From: Christensenellaceae bacterium Phil10
GTDB taxonomy: Bacteria; Bacillota; Clostridia; Christensenellales; CAG-917
Assembly: GCA_001940895.1 (NCBI GenBank)
Contig: MSGY01000006.1
Location: forward strand, 65,179-129,178
DNA length: 64,000 nt
Direction: 5' to 3'
A program made the translations under genes and the position numbers. How positions within the stretch are numbered: position 1 is the first letter of the stretch; the number at the start of each line of letters is the position of its first letter. Below are positions 1-8,830 of the stretch, in pieces. A model generated the notes under the pieces. That model did not search any database, was not told the origin of the DNA, and saw only the letters and a program-made list of their open reading frames with translations.

Positions 1-315
1 GTACAGCAACTGTACGTCAGGACGCGTCTCGCCCTCAATTCGCAGAAAAAGGCGGGGGAACTTCATAAACTCGCTACTCTCGAAATCAAAGCGCCCGCTC
101 AGGCAGACGCGGCGGAACGCCTTATGCCCTTCCTGACGGAAGAGGAAACGGCCGTGTTCAGACGAGCGCGGAACGCTCATTACACAACCTCCGCAAAAAA
201 CGCCACAATCGGCGATTATAAAAAAGCAAGCGGGTTCGAGGCTCTTCTCGGCTGGCTGTATCTGACGGGGGCTCACGACAGACTGAACGAACTTCTGTCG
301 ATGATTTTAAAATAA
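1..315 (+). CDS. mrnC: Mini-ribonuclease 3 (Mini-III/YazC), 5' end cut by window edge
   Basis: Frame 1 is open from base 1. C-terminal RRARNAH...ASGFEALLGWLYL resembles Mini-III. It lies upstream of rlmB-sigH as in Bacillus. Confidence 0.75.
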   Translation, partial: VQQLYVRTRLALNSQKKAGELHKLATLEIKAPAQADAAERLMPFLTEEETAVFRRARNAHYTTSAKNATIGDYKKASGFEALLGWLYLTGAHDRLNELLSMILK

Positions 316-323
316 GGAGAATT

Positions 324-1049
324 ATGTTAATAACGGGAAGAAACGCGGTAAGCGAAGCTTTGAAATCGGACGCGACGGCCGAAAAATTATACGTTCAGAA
401 AGGCGAAAACACCGGCGTGATAAAAAACATCGTCGCTCTTGCGCGCGAAAAAAGAATAATAATTTCCTTCGTCGATAAAACCGCGCTGGACAGAATAACG
501 CAGAACGGTCGCCATCAGGGAGTGGCTCTCATACAGACGGAATACGTTTATTCGACCCCCGAAGAAATCGTGGAATACGCAAACTCCACGGGACGGCCGC
601 CGTTTATAGTTATCGCGGACGAAATCGAAGACCCTCACAATCTCGGCGGAATAATCCGCACCGCGGAGTGTGCGGGCGTACACGGAATTATTATCGGAAA
701 GCACCGCTCCGCAAGCGTAAACGATACCGTTTTAAGATGCAGCGCGGGCGCCGCCTCGCACGTCAGAATAGCGAAAGTTACCAACGTAAACGACGCTATA
801 AAATATCTTAAAGAACAAAATATATATGTTTATTGTGCGGATATGGACGGTGAACCTATGTATAATGCCAATTTAAAGGGCGCCATTGCGCTCGTTATCG
901 GCGGAGAAGGCAGCGGTGTAAAACGTCTCACGAAAGAACTTGCCGACGGAGTTATCAGTATTCCGATGCAGGGTAAAATCAACAGCCTGAACGCATCCGT
1001 CGCCGCGGCGGTGGTCGTTTACGAAAAAGTACGGCAGGACCTGAAATGA
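324..1049 (+). CDS. rlmB: TrmH/SpoU-family 23S rRNA 2'-O-methyltransferase (RlmB/YacO-like)
   Basis: 241 aa. AAGGAGA RBS sits before the ATG. SpoU motifs DPHNLGGIIRTAECAGV and LVIGGEGSGV...IPM.G.INSLNASVAAAV are present. Confidence 0.85.
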   Translation: MLITGRNAVSEALKSDATAEKLYVQKGENTGVIKNIVALAREKRIIISFVDKTALDRITQNGRHQGVALIQTEYVYSTPEEIVEYANSTGRPPFIVIADEIEDPHNLGGIIRTAECAGVHGIIIGKHRSASVNDTVLRCSAGAASHVRIAKVTNVNDAIKYLKEQNIYVYCADMDGEPMYNANLKGAIALVIGGEGSGVKRLTKELADGVISIPMQGKINSLNASVAAAVVVYEKVRQDLK

Positions 1050-1606
1050 ATTACCGCGAACTTACCGACGAAGAACTTGCCTCTCTTGCGCGAAAAGAGG
1101 ACAATCTTGCGGTCAACGAATTGTTGTACCGCCATAAATCCACGGTTACCAAGGCGGTGCGTCATTGCTTTTTGTCGGGCGGCGACCACGACGACCTGCT
1201 GCAGGAAGGAACCATCGCCCTGTACAATGCGATAATGTCGTACGACAGCGGAAAAAACGCCGGCTTCAGAACTTTTGCATATCTTTGCGTAAAACGGAAA
1301 ATCTACGACCTTATAAGAAGAGAGCGCCGCGACAAACACCGCGCATTGAACGACAGCGTTCCTTTTGAAGAAGTCGCGGCAAGCCTGTGCGACCCCGAAG
1401 AAGCGTATATCGAAGAAGAGCGGGAAAGTGCCCTTAAAGAGGGTATAGAAAAGGCTCTGTCGGACGAAGAAAAAGAGATTTTCGCGCTGTATCTCGACGG
1501 TCTTTCGTATTCGGAAATAGCAAAATCGTCGGGTCTTCCCGTAAAAAAGGTTGACAATACGTTGCAAAAAATCAAAAAAACGCTGAAAAATTATATAAAT
1601 TATTGA
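1046..1606 (+). CDS. sigH: RNA polymerase sigma factor, SigH-like
   Basis: ATGA overlap with rlmB. Region 2 (DLLQEGTIALYNAI, FRTFAYLCVKRKIYD) and region 4 (LYLDGLSYSEIA...VDNTLQKIKKTL) resemble B. subtilis SigH. Synteny mrnC-rlmB-sigH supports the call. Confidence 0.8.
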   Translation: MNYRELTDEELASLARKEDNLAVNELLYRHKSTVTKAVRHCFLSGGDHDDLLQEGTIALYNAIMSYDSGKNAGFRTFAYLCVKRKIYDLIRRERRDKHRALNDSVPFEEVAASLCDPEEAYIEEERESALKEGIEKALSDEEKEIFALYLDGLSYSEIAKSSGLPVKKVDNTLQKIKKTLKNYINY

Positions 1607-1657
1607 GTTTTTTTTAATTTTCGCTTTACATAAATTTTTTATTTATTTATAATAAAT

Positions 1658-1705
1658 GAACATTGAAGTTGTTTCAATGTTATCCTTGCCTGCTTCGAAA
1701 CAGGC
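1658..1705 (+). promoter_or_regulatory. Two hairpins in the rpsF 5' leader (possible S6:S18 autoregulatory leader)
   Basis: GAACATTGAA/TTCAATGTT (1658-1681) and GCCTG/CAGGC (1688-1705) lie just upstream of the rpsF RBS. Confidence 0.3.
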
Positions 1706-1732
1706 CACAAAGTCCATAAGGAGGTATTAAAG

Positions 1733-2014
1733 ATGAACAAGTACGAAATCCTTTACATCATCGACAACGACGTTGACGATAACGAAAAGGCCGCTCTTGT
1801 CGACAGGTTTTCCGACCTCGTCGTAAAGCTCGGCGGTACAGTTGACGGAATCGACAAATGGGGCACGCGCAAATACGCTTATCCCATCAACGATAAGAAC
1901 GAAGGTTATTACGTATTGATGAATTTCACCGCCGGTGCCGCGGCTCCCGCCGAAATCGACCGTCAGATGAAAATCACCGACGCAATCGTCCGTCAGATGA
2001 TTATCCGCAAATAA
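1733..2014 (+). CDS. rpsF: 30S ribosomal protein S6
   Basis: 93 aa with MNKYEILYII...KWGTRKYAYPI signature. Strong RBS AAGGAGG. Confidence 0.95.
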   Translation: MNKYEILYIIDNDVDDNEKAALVDRFSDLVVKLGGTVDGIDKWGTRKYAYPINDKNEGYYVLMNFTAGAAAPAEIDRQMKITDAIVRQMIIRK

Positions 2015-2031
2015 TTAAAGGGGTCAGACTC

Positions 2032-2421
2032 ATGAACAAAGTATTTTTAATCGGTAATTTAACAAAAAATCCCGAACTCAATAATACAGGTTCGGGTATC
2101 CCCGTCTGCAAATTCACGCTTGCCGTATCGAGAAGATTTTCAAACGGCGACGGAGTCAGAGAAACCGACTTCCTTCCCGTCATCGTATGGCGCGCGCAGG
2201 CCGAACATTGCAACAAATACTTGAAAAAAGGCAGTAAAGCGGCCGTATGCGGTTCAATTCAGACCCGCAGTTACGACGCTCCCGACGGAAGCCGCAGATA
2301 TATTACGGAAATCGTTGCCGACGAAGTTCAGTTCCTCAGCACGAAGGCCGAAGATTCAGCCGAATCTAACGACGGCGTTTTCGACGACCTTAAAGCCGTA
2401 GATGAAAATCTGCCCTTCTGA
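2032..2421 (+). CDS. ssb: Single-stranded DNA-binding protein
   Basis: MNKVFLIGNLTKNPEL OB-fold start and acidic C-terminal tail ending DENLPF. Lies between rpsF and rpsR. Confidence 0.95.
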   Translation: MNKVFLIGNLTKNPELNNTGSGIPVCKFTLAVSRRFSNGDGVRETDFLPVIVWRAQAEHCNKYLKKGSKAAVCGSIQTRSYDAPDGSRRYITEIVADEVQFLSTKAEDSAESNDGVFDDLKAVDENLPF

Positions 2422-2462
2422 TTTTCGCCCGCAAGGGCTTAATAATTTAGAGGTATATTAAA

Positions 2463-2714
2463 ATGAGTGAAGAAGTAAAACGTCCCGTTCAGGGCGGTAA
2501 AAGAATTCCCAAAAAGAAAGTTTGCCAGTTCTGCGTCGATAAGGCCACCGAAATCGACTACAAAGATACCGCAAAACTCAGAAAGTACATCACCGAAAAA
2601 GGCAAAATGATGCCCCGTCGTATGACCGGCGTGTGCGCCAAACATCAGCGTTTCCTTTCCGAGGCTATCAAACGCGCGCGCGTTATGGCATTGCTTCCCT
2701 ACAAAGCAGACTAA
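2463..2714 (+). CDS. rpsR: 30S ribosomal protein S18
   Basis: 83 aa with CQFC...IDYKD...[18 protein letters not shown] signature. Confidence 0.95.
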   Translation: MSEEVKRPVQGGKRIPKKKVCQFCVDKATEIDYKDTAKLRKYITEKGKMMPRRMTGVCAKHQRFLSEAIKRARVMALLPYKAD

Positions 2715-2780
2715 TTATTAAACCAATCAAAAACGCACCGTTTGGTGCTCTACCCATAGGGATTTTTTAAGACATTATAA

Positions 2781-2816
2781 AAGACTAACGAAAGTTTTTC
2801 GTTAGTCTTTCTTTTT
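2781..2816 (+). terminator. Rho-independent terminator after rpsR
   Basis: AAGACTAACG / CGTTAGTCTT stem followed by a T-tract. Confidence 0.6.
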
Positions 2817-2874
2817 GCTTTGCAAAACACACGACTTAACAGGGTTAAGTATAGTTTGCTACACTTTTGAAAGG

Positions 2875-3081
2875 TTAGGCATTATATTCATGTTGAAAAC
2901 CACATTTTCCACACGCATACCATACTTTCTTTTTCCCTAGTGCGCCTCCTATCAAACCTACGGGACCGAGTAAAATTCCCCCCAAAGCTGCTTTTCCTAC
3001 GCTAAATCCTTTTTTCTGTGTATCAACTTGTTTCCACATTAAAGTTTCTCCACACATTGGACATCTGGCTGGTGCTGACAT
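2875..3081 (-). CDS. Small membrane zinc-ribbon protein (split CxxC knuckles around a Gly-zipper hydrophobic hairpin; LITAF-like layout)
   Basis: 68 aa. Layout is CPMC(7-10), AALGGILLGPVGLIGGALG, then CGKC(57-60). GGAGAG RBS. CpG-poor codon usage unlike its neighbours. Confidence 0.6.
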   Translation of the reverse strand: MSAPARCPMCGETLMWKQVDTQKKGFSVGKAALGGILLGPVGLIGGALGKKKVWYACGKCGFQHEYNA

Positions 3082-3132
3082 AAAAACTCTCCTAAATAGT
3101 ATAAATAAAAATGCGATATTTTATCGAATTCT

Positions 3133-3151
3133 CAAAACGGCGATAATTTGA
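3133..3151. repeat. Solo copy of 16-19 nt motif CAAAACGGCGATAATTTGA
   Basis: 18/19 identical to 4072-4090 as a direct repeat. The first 16 nt are the exact reverse complement of 4185-4200. Confidence 0.8.
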
Positions 3152-3181
3152 TTAAATAATATCTTCCCCAAAACCTCTCAT

Positions 3182-3655
3182 TTATGCTTTTTTTACATAA
3201 CCGGAAACTGAAATAATTTCATAATATGTGTTAGCGCTAATAGTGCTTCCGGATACAGTAGAAGGAATAAGATAATAATCGTTCTTTAAACAAATCAAAA
3301 AAGTTGTTGATTCGTATGCGTTCCCTCCAACATTCAAAGACAAATCAATTTCCGGATCAGCATAATTAGTACCATCATCAAAGTTGATTTTTACAGTAAT
3401 AAATACGTTTTCATATTCATATCCGGCTATGCCCTCTGTTGACGCACTTGCAAACAACCTTGAATAATAGCCGTTCTTATAAGAGCTAGGATCGCCATAT
3501 CCCTTGCAGGACAAAGTTACATATTGTTGTACATTGTCAACGGTCAAAGCAATGCGATTATCGTCTTCTTTATCACAAGCGACAAATGAACATGTGACAA
3601 ACATCGACAAAATCAATACCAAAAAAATACATACTATTGTAGTTTTACGTTTCAT
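3182..3655 (-). CDS. Hypothetical lipoprotein
   Basis: 157 aa. Signal peptide with lipobox SFVAC. GGGGAG RBS. No recognisable domain. Confidence 0.6.
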   Translation of the reverse strand: MKRKTTIVCIFLVLILSMFVTCSFVACDKEDDNRIALTVDNVQQYVTLSCKGYGDPSSYKNGYYSRLFASASTEGIAGYEYENVFITVKINFDDGTNYADPEIDLSLNVGGNAYESTTFLICLKNDYYLIPSTVSGSTISANTYYEIISVSGYVKKA

Positions 3656-3677
3656 TATTTACTCCCCGCAATTATTA

Positions 3678-3741
3678 AGTACTTTTGTACTTTATTTCAA
3701 TTATATTAAGTCTTTTAATACTTGTCAAGTACAAAAATACT
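3678..3741. promoter_or_regulatory. Two AGTAC-N4-(G/A)TACT palindromes in a divergent promoter region (candidate XRE operator)
   Basis: AGTACTTTTGTACT (3678-3691) and AGTACAAAAATACT (3728-3741) lie between the lipoprotein gene and the HTH gene. Confidence 0.45.
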
Positions 3742-3762
3742 TATTTGTATTATTCTTTGAGT

Positions 3763-3978
3763 ATGTTCAAAGATATCATAAAAGATTTGAGGGAATCACA
3801 AGATATGAGCCAATACGAACTCGCAAAGGCGCTGCAAGTGAGTCAGTCCGCCGTTGCGAAATGGGAACTCGGAAAAACAGAACCCACGTCGTCGGCTCTT
3901 GTTTCGATTTCAAAATTCTTTGGTGTCAGCGCGGATTACTTGCTTGAATTGGAAGACGAGTTTGGCAACAAGAAATGA
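3763..3978 (+). CDS. XRE-family helix-turn-helix transcriptional regulator
   Basis: 71 aa from the internal ATG. MSQYELAKALQVSQSAVAKWELGKTEP is a classic Cro/C1 HTH. The track ORF start at 3685 runs through promoter-like AT-rich sequence. Confidence 0.8.
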   Translation: MFKDIIKDLRESQDMSQYELAKALQVSQSAVAKWELGKTEPTSSALVSISKFFGVSADYLLELEDEFGNKK

Positions 3979-4024
3979 TTAAATGCCACCTACTGATGTA
4001 AACCCTTTGGTTTGATATAAACAA

Positions 4025-4051
4025 ATCCCACCTGTGCGAGGTGGGTTTTTT
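4025..4051 (+). terminator. Rho-independent terminator after the XRE gene
   Basis: CCCACCT / AGGTGGG stem plus TTTTTT. Confidence 0.7.
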
Positions 4052-4071
4052 AAATATAAAAACTTTCTCCC

Positions 4072-4200
4072 CAAAACGGCGAGAATTTGATGGATTTTTG
4101 ACGTTTCTTGGCAAGTTCTTACGAGGGCGCGTACTCAGGCGTACGTAACCGAGCAAGGTTTTGCCAAAAACTCAAAAAGGCGCGAATTATCGCCGTTTTG
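4072..4200. repeat. 129-bp element bounded by 16-bp terminal inverted repeats (CAAAACGGCGAKAATT)
   Basis: 4072-4087 is 15/16 complementary to 4185-4200. Internal nested complementarity (TTGGCAA/TTGCCAA, CGTAC/GTACG). Non-coding. Confidence 0.4.
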
Positions 4201-4201
4201 C

Positions 4202-4876
4202 TTAATTGTATTGGTTTTGAAGCAGATCCAGCATTTCCTTGCTTCCGCCAACAAGCAACGTATCTCCTTTAAGCAAAGGCTCGTCGGCGGCGAAGTTTAC
4301 GAGCACGTCAGCTCCTCTTTCGACGGCCAGTACGTTGACGTCGTATTTTTTGCGGATATCGAGGGCGACAAGCGAACTGCCCTCCCAGCTTTCGGGCAAT
4401 TCGATTTCTATAATGCTGTATTTGTTGCTTATCGTCATAATGTCGTGCAGGAGAGGATTTGCAAGACGAGCGCCCATTTTTTCTCCCATTTCCATTTCGG
4501 GAATCACCACCTCGTCGGCGCCGACGCGTTCGAGAACCATTTTATGTTTAAGATTTTCGGCCTTTGCGATAACTTTTTTGACGCCGATTTCCTTGCACGT
4601 CAGCGTGCATAATACGCTGGCTTCGAGGTCGCTTGCAATCGCAATGATTACTACGTCGAAATTTTCAATTCCCAGCGCACGGAAAGCGCGCTCGTCCGTG
4701 ACGTCCGCGACGACGGCGTGCGTACAGTAATCCTGCGCCGCGGTAACGGCGTCCTCTTTGATATCTATCGCGAGAACCTCCTCGCCTTTTTCGAAAAGGG
4801 TTTTCGCAACCGTCGACCCGAAACGGCCGAGGCCGATAATGGCAAACTGTTTATTTTTTATTTTGGGTGTTTTCAT
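4202..4876 (-). CDS. trkA: Potassium uptake protein, NAD-binding subunit TrkA/KtrA
   Basis: 224 aa with Rossmann motif IIGLGRFG and a TrkA-C domain. Lies directly downstream of trkH. Confidence 0.9.
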   Translation of the reverse strand: MKTPKIKNKQFAIIGLGRFGSTVAKTLFEKGEEVLAIDIKEDAVTAAQDYCTHAVVADVTDERAFRALGIENFDVVIIAIASDLEASVLCTLTCKEIGVKKVIAKAENLKHKMVLERVGADEVVIPEMEMGEKMGARLANPLLHDIMTISNKYSIIEIELPESWEGSSLVALDIRKKYDVNVLAVERGADVLVNFAADEPLLKGDTLLVGGSKEMLDLLQNQYN

Positions 4877-4889
4877 ATAACCTCCTTGC

Positions 4890-6287
4890 CTATCCTATAA
4901 GAATTTTGGCGTCGGGATATTTTATTTTCGGAGTATTTCTGGACGACCTCATTATCGCCATACCTATCGTTATGGGGCCGAGTCGTCCGATAAGCATCGT
5001 AAGACACAGCGTAAGTTTACTTGCTATGTGCAAAGATTCCGTAATGCCCGTAGACAATCCCACGGTGCCGAAGGCGCTTATCGATTCGAATACGCAGTCG
5101 ACAAGCCCGAAACCGGGATTATACGGCTTTTCGACGCCCCACATAATTATCGCCTGTGCAAGCGCCGCGCAGAACGAAAAAATCATTACTGCCGCCGCCC
5201 GGCGAATGGTTTTATTGCCGATTGTTTCCTTTCTGTACACTATATCGTCCTTATCGCGGAATACCGAAACGATGAGCAGAATCATCACGAAAACAGTTGT
5301 GGTTTTGACGCCGCCGCCCGTAGACGCGGGACAGGCGCCTATAAGCATTAGTATCATCGTTGCGACTTTAGAGCCGTCGTACATATCGCCCTGATATATG
5401 GAAAAATAACCCGCGGTGCGCGTCGTTGTGGACTGGAACAGCGCGTTGAGTATCTTGTTTCCCGTCGAGAGCGGCCCGAGCGTTGCGGGATTGTTGAACT
5501 CGAGAGCAAGGAAAACGGTCGCCCCCGCAAGTGTGAGTATCAGCGTCATCCACAGCGAAACGCGCGTGTGAAGACTGAGCGGTTTATTTCGTCTTTTTCT
5601 GAAAATGTCGTTGAAAACGAGAAATCCCAGTCCGCCGCAGATTATCAGCACGCCCACCGTAACGATTACGACGGGGTCGTTTGCAAATCCCGAAAGGCTG
5701 GTGCCGGGGCCTGTTACTCCGCCCATAACGTCTATGCCCGCGTTACAGAACGAAGATACGGCCGTGAACAACGCCACGTAAATGCCCTTCGCTCCCATAT
5801 AAGGAATAAAGCGCGTCATAAGCATAAGCGCGCCGAGACCTTCGATTATAAACGTAAAGCATATTATGTTTCTAGTGGTGCGCACAACGCCTTTCATACT
5901 GTCCTGCGACAGGCTTTCCTGTATGGTAACGCGCTCCCTCAGGCTTATCTTTTTGCCGATAAGCATAAACATAAGCGTTGTCGTCGTCATAAATCCCAGC
6001 CCGCCTATCTGAATCAGAAACAGTATGACGATTTGTCCGAACAGACTGACCTGCGACCCTACGTCGACGGTGGTAAGACCGGTAACACAGACCGAACTCG
6101 TCGACATAAACAGCGCGTTGACAAAGCCCATCGATTTGCCGTCTGCGGACGAAAACGGCAGAACGAGAAGTATCGTTCCTGTGATTATTACCGCGAGAAA
6201 ACCAAAAAGAATATATCTCGTCGGCGTAAAAAAGTTTTTAAGTTTTTTGCCCGCTTTCGAATTGAAAAGCGCAAGTTTTTCACGCAT
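4890..6287 (-). CDS. trkH: Potassium transporter membrane subunit TrkH/KtrB
   Basis: 465 aa polytopic protein with repeated selectivity-filter-like segments (TGLTTV, NAGID, TAGYFS, TVGLSTG). Confidence 0.9.
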   Translation of the reverse strand: MREKLALFNSKAGKKLKNFFTPTRYILFGFLAVIITGTILLVLPFSSADGKSMGFVNALFMSTSSVCVTGLTTVDVGSQVSLFGQIVILFLIQIGGLGFMTTTTLMFMLIGKKISLRERVTIQESLSQDSMKGVVRTTRNIICFTFIIEGLGALMLMTRFIPYMGAKGIYVALFTAVSSFCNAGIDVMGGVTGPGTSLSGFANDPVVIVTVGVLIICGGLGFLVFNDIFRKRRNKPLSLHTRVSLWMTLILTLAGATVFLALEFNNPATLGPLSTGNKILNALFQSTTTRTAGYFSIYQGDMYDGSKVATMILMLIGACPASTGGGVKTTTVFVMILLIVSVFRDKDDIVYRKETIGNKTIRRAAAVMIFSFCAALAQAIIMWGVEKPYNPGFGLVDCVFESISAFGTVGLSTGITESLHIASKLTLCLTMLIGRLGPITIGMAIMRSSRNTPKIKYPDAKILIG

Positions 6288-6290
6288 CGG

Positions 6291-6959
6291 TTATTCCGTT
6301 CTCCAGTCGACAGGCTCGATTCCCGCGGACTTCAGAAATTCGTTCGTCCTTGAAAAAGGCCTGCTTCCGAAAAATCCGTTATAGGCAGAAAGCGGACTTG
6401 GATGTGCGCTTTCGATAACGTAATGTATCGGATTTGTTATATATTGTTTTTTAGAACGGGCGTTTGCGCCCCACAGTATAAACACTATCGGGGTATCCCG
6501 CTCGTTAAGTTTTTTAATTATGTCGTCGGTAAACTGCTGCCAGCCGCAGTTTTTATGGCTGTTGGCAAGGTGCGCGCGCACCGTCAGTACGGAGTTCAGA
6601 AGAAGCACGCCTTGTCTCGCCCAGTTTTCGAGACAGCCGTGTTTTGCGGGAGGTATTCCCAAATCGCTTTGCAGTTCCTTATATATATTCTGCAACGACG
6701 GCGGAATTTCGACGCCTTTTTTTACCGAAAACGACAATCCGTGCGCCTGTCCTTCCTCGTGGTAGGGGTCTTGTCCCAGTATTACGGCTTTAACATCGTA
6801 ATAATCGGTATATTTCAAAGCGTTGAAGATATCGTACATCGACGGATAACAGACATGGTGCGAATATTCGTCTTTCAGAAATTCGCGTATTTTAAGATAG
6901 TTTTCGCCACGGAATTCGTCCGCGAGGATTTCGTCCCAGCTGTTTCCGATACGTACCAT
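6291..6959 (-). CDS. ung: Uracil-DNA glycosylase (family 1)
   Basis: GQDPYH and HPSPLS motifs. 222 aa. Confidence 0.95.
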   Translation of the reverse strand: MVRIGNSWDEILADEFRGENYLKIREFLKDEYSHHVCYPSMYDIFNALKYTDYYDVKAVILGQDPYHEEGQAHGLSFSVKKGVEIPPSLQNIYKELQSDLGIPPAKHGCLENWARQGVLLLNSVLTVRAHLANSHKNCGWQQFTDDIIKKLNERDTPIVFILWGANARSKKQYITNPIHYVIESAHPSPLSAYNGFFGSRPFSRTNEFLKSAGIEPVDWRTE

Positions 6960-6962
6960 TTT

Positions 6963-8687
6963 TTATCTCAGTTCCTCGTATTTTTTCTCAAGCGTGCGGA
7001 AGATATATTTTATCGCGTCGTCGTAGCTTACTTTTTCGGTAGCGAGCGTTTTTCTGTCGGTGATTTCCACTTCGTTTGCCGCAAGTCCTCTCGGACTTAC
7101 CACCACCCGCAAAGGCATTCCCATAAGGTCGGCGTCGGCAAATTTAACGCCGTTGCTGACGTTTTCGCGGTCGTCGATTATTACGCTTACGCCCTGCGCT
7201 TTAAGCGCGTCGTAAAGCGCAAACGCTTTTTCGCGCACGGCGGAGTCGTCTATTCTCAACGGACAGATATGCACCTTATACGGCGCGACCGTAACGGGAA
7301 GAATCAGACCCGCTTTGTCGTTGCTTTCCTGCGCTATGGACGCTATGGCCCGTCCGACGCCTATGCCGTAACAACCCATTATCGGGGTTACCGCCTCGCC
7401 CTTCTCGTTAAGCACGGTCATTCCCATGCTCTTCGTATATTTTGTGCCGAGCTGGAAAATATTGCCTATTTCTATGCCGTTTTCGAGGTGCAGCGGTTTG
7501 CCGCATACCGGACATTTGTCGCCCGCCGACACCTTTGCGATATCCGCGTATTTTTCGGGTCCGACGTCGCGCGCAACGTTGACGCCTTCGATATGATATT
7601 CGGCCTTGTTTGCGCCCGCTATCATGTTATAAGCGCCTTCAAGCGATTTATCGAACACGACGACGGCGTCCTTAACGTCAAGACCTACGGGACCGATATT
7701 GCCGGCAACGAGTCCGCTTTCGCCGTCCGCCTCCCAAGGCACGACGTTTTTCTGAACGGTTTTTTTGAGTTTCGCTTCGTTTACTTCGAGGTCGCCTCTT
7801 ATAAACGCCACGACTATCGTCTTTTCGCCTTTTACGGCATAAACGACGGCTTTTATCGTCTGATAGGGTTTTGCTTTAAGGTAATCGCATACGGCGGAAA
7901 TTTCCTTTGCGTCGCCCGTGAAAACCTCTTTCATCGGCTTGTCTTCGCCGAAATCGACGTCTTCTCTCACGCCCGTCGCGACTTCCATATTCGATTTATA
8001 ACCGCATTCGTCGCAAAGCACGAGGGTGTCCTCTCCGACGTCCGTTAAAAGCATGAATTCGTGCGCGACGTTACCTCCCATCATTCCGCTGTCCGATTTG
8101 ACGGCGATAAAGCGTTTAAGGCCTATACGACGGAAAATATTCATATACGCGTCGTATGCGCGCGCATAATATTTTTCGAGGTCTTCCTGCGTCATATGGA
8201 AAGAATAAGCGTCTTTCATCGTAAATTCCCTTACCCTTATAAGGCCGCCGCGGCAACGCGGCTCGTCGCGGAATTTAGTCTGAATCTGATAAATCATAAA
8301 GGGCAGCTGGTTGTAACTCGAAACGGTGTTTTTCGCCATATGAACCGCCGCTTCCTCGTGAGTCATTCCGAGCAGCATATCTTTGCCGCCTCTGTCCTTG
8401 AAACGCACCATTTCGCTGCCGATACTGTAATATCGGCCCGACGATTCCCACAGTTCGCGCGGCATCACGACGGGGAACTTGACTTCCTGTCCGTCTATTT
8501 TGTTCATCTCGTCCCTTATGATGTTTTCGATATTAAGCGCCATAAGTTGCGCGGGACTTGTAAGAGAGTATATTCCGTTTGCCACGGGCTTGATATAACC
8601 CGCCCTGGCAAGCAAAACGTGACTTAAAATCGTTACGTCCGACGGCGCTTCCTTTACGCGCTCGCCGACAAGTTTGCTTAAAAGCAT
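6963..8687 (-). CDS. proS: Proline--tRNA ligase (bacterial type with editing insertion)
   Basis: 574 aa with class II aaRS motifs (FRDE.R.R.GL.R.REF, GCYGIGV). GGAGG RBS. Confidence 0.95.
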   Translation of the reverse strand: MLLSKLVGERVKEAPSDVTILSHVLLARAGYIKPVANGIYSLTSPAQLMALNIENIIRDEMNKIDGQEVKFPVVMPRELWESSGRYYSIGSEMVRFKDRGGKDMLLGMTHEEAAVHMAKNTVSSYNQLPFMIYQIQTKFRDEPRCRGGLIRVREFTMKDAYSFHMTQEDLEKYYARAYDAYMNIFRRIGLKRFIAVKSDSGMMGGNVAHEFMLLTDVGEDTLVLCDECGYKSNMEVATGVREDVDFGEDKPMKEVFTGDAKEISAVCDYLKAKPYQTIKAVVYAVKGEKTIVVAFIRGDLEVNEAKLKKTVQKNVVPWEADGESGLVAGNIGPVGLDVKDAVVVFDKSLEGAYNMIAGANKAEYHIEGVNVARDVGPEKYADIAKVSAGDKCPVCGKPLHLENGIEIGNIFQLGTKYTKSMGMTVLNEKGEAVTPIMGCYGIGVGRAIASIAQESNDKAGLILPVTVAPYKVHICPLRIDDSAVREKAFALYDALKAQGVSVIIDDRENVSNGVKFADADLMGMPLRVVVSPRGLAANEVEITDRKTLATEKVSYDDAIKYIFRTLEKKYEELR

Positions 8688-8830
8688 AAAGCCTCCGATA
8701 AAAATAACTTTGTTAAAATTATATACTTATTTCAAAGATAAGGCAAGGATTTGACCGCATTTGAAAAATCCGCGTATATTTTGCGCAAAAGACTGAAAAA
8801 ATCTTATTATCAAACTTACGGAGGTTGAAA

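Noticed and set aside
6402-8048. 548-aa plus-strand ORF, the longest ORF in that interval.
   Set aside because: It lies antisense to ung and proS, which have unmistakable family motifs. Its translation is R/F/V/Y-rich low-complexity sequence typical of shadow ORFs opposite highly biased genes.
8688-8830. Looked for T-box leaders upstream of proS here, and upstream of argS at 10151-10284.
   Set aside because: The leaders are only about 130-140 nt and are shared with divergent promoters. No specifier-loop/terminator-antiterminator architecture or the conserved T-box 14-mer is visible.
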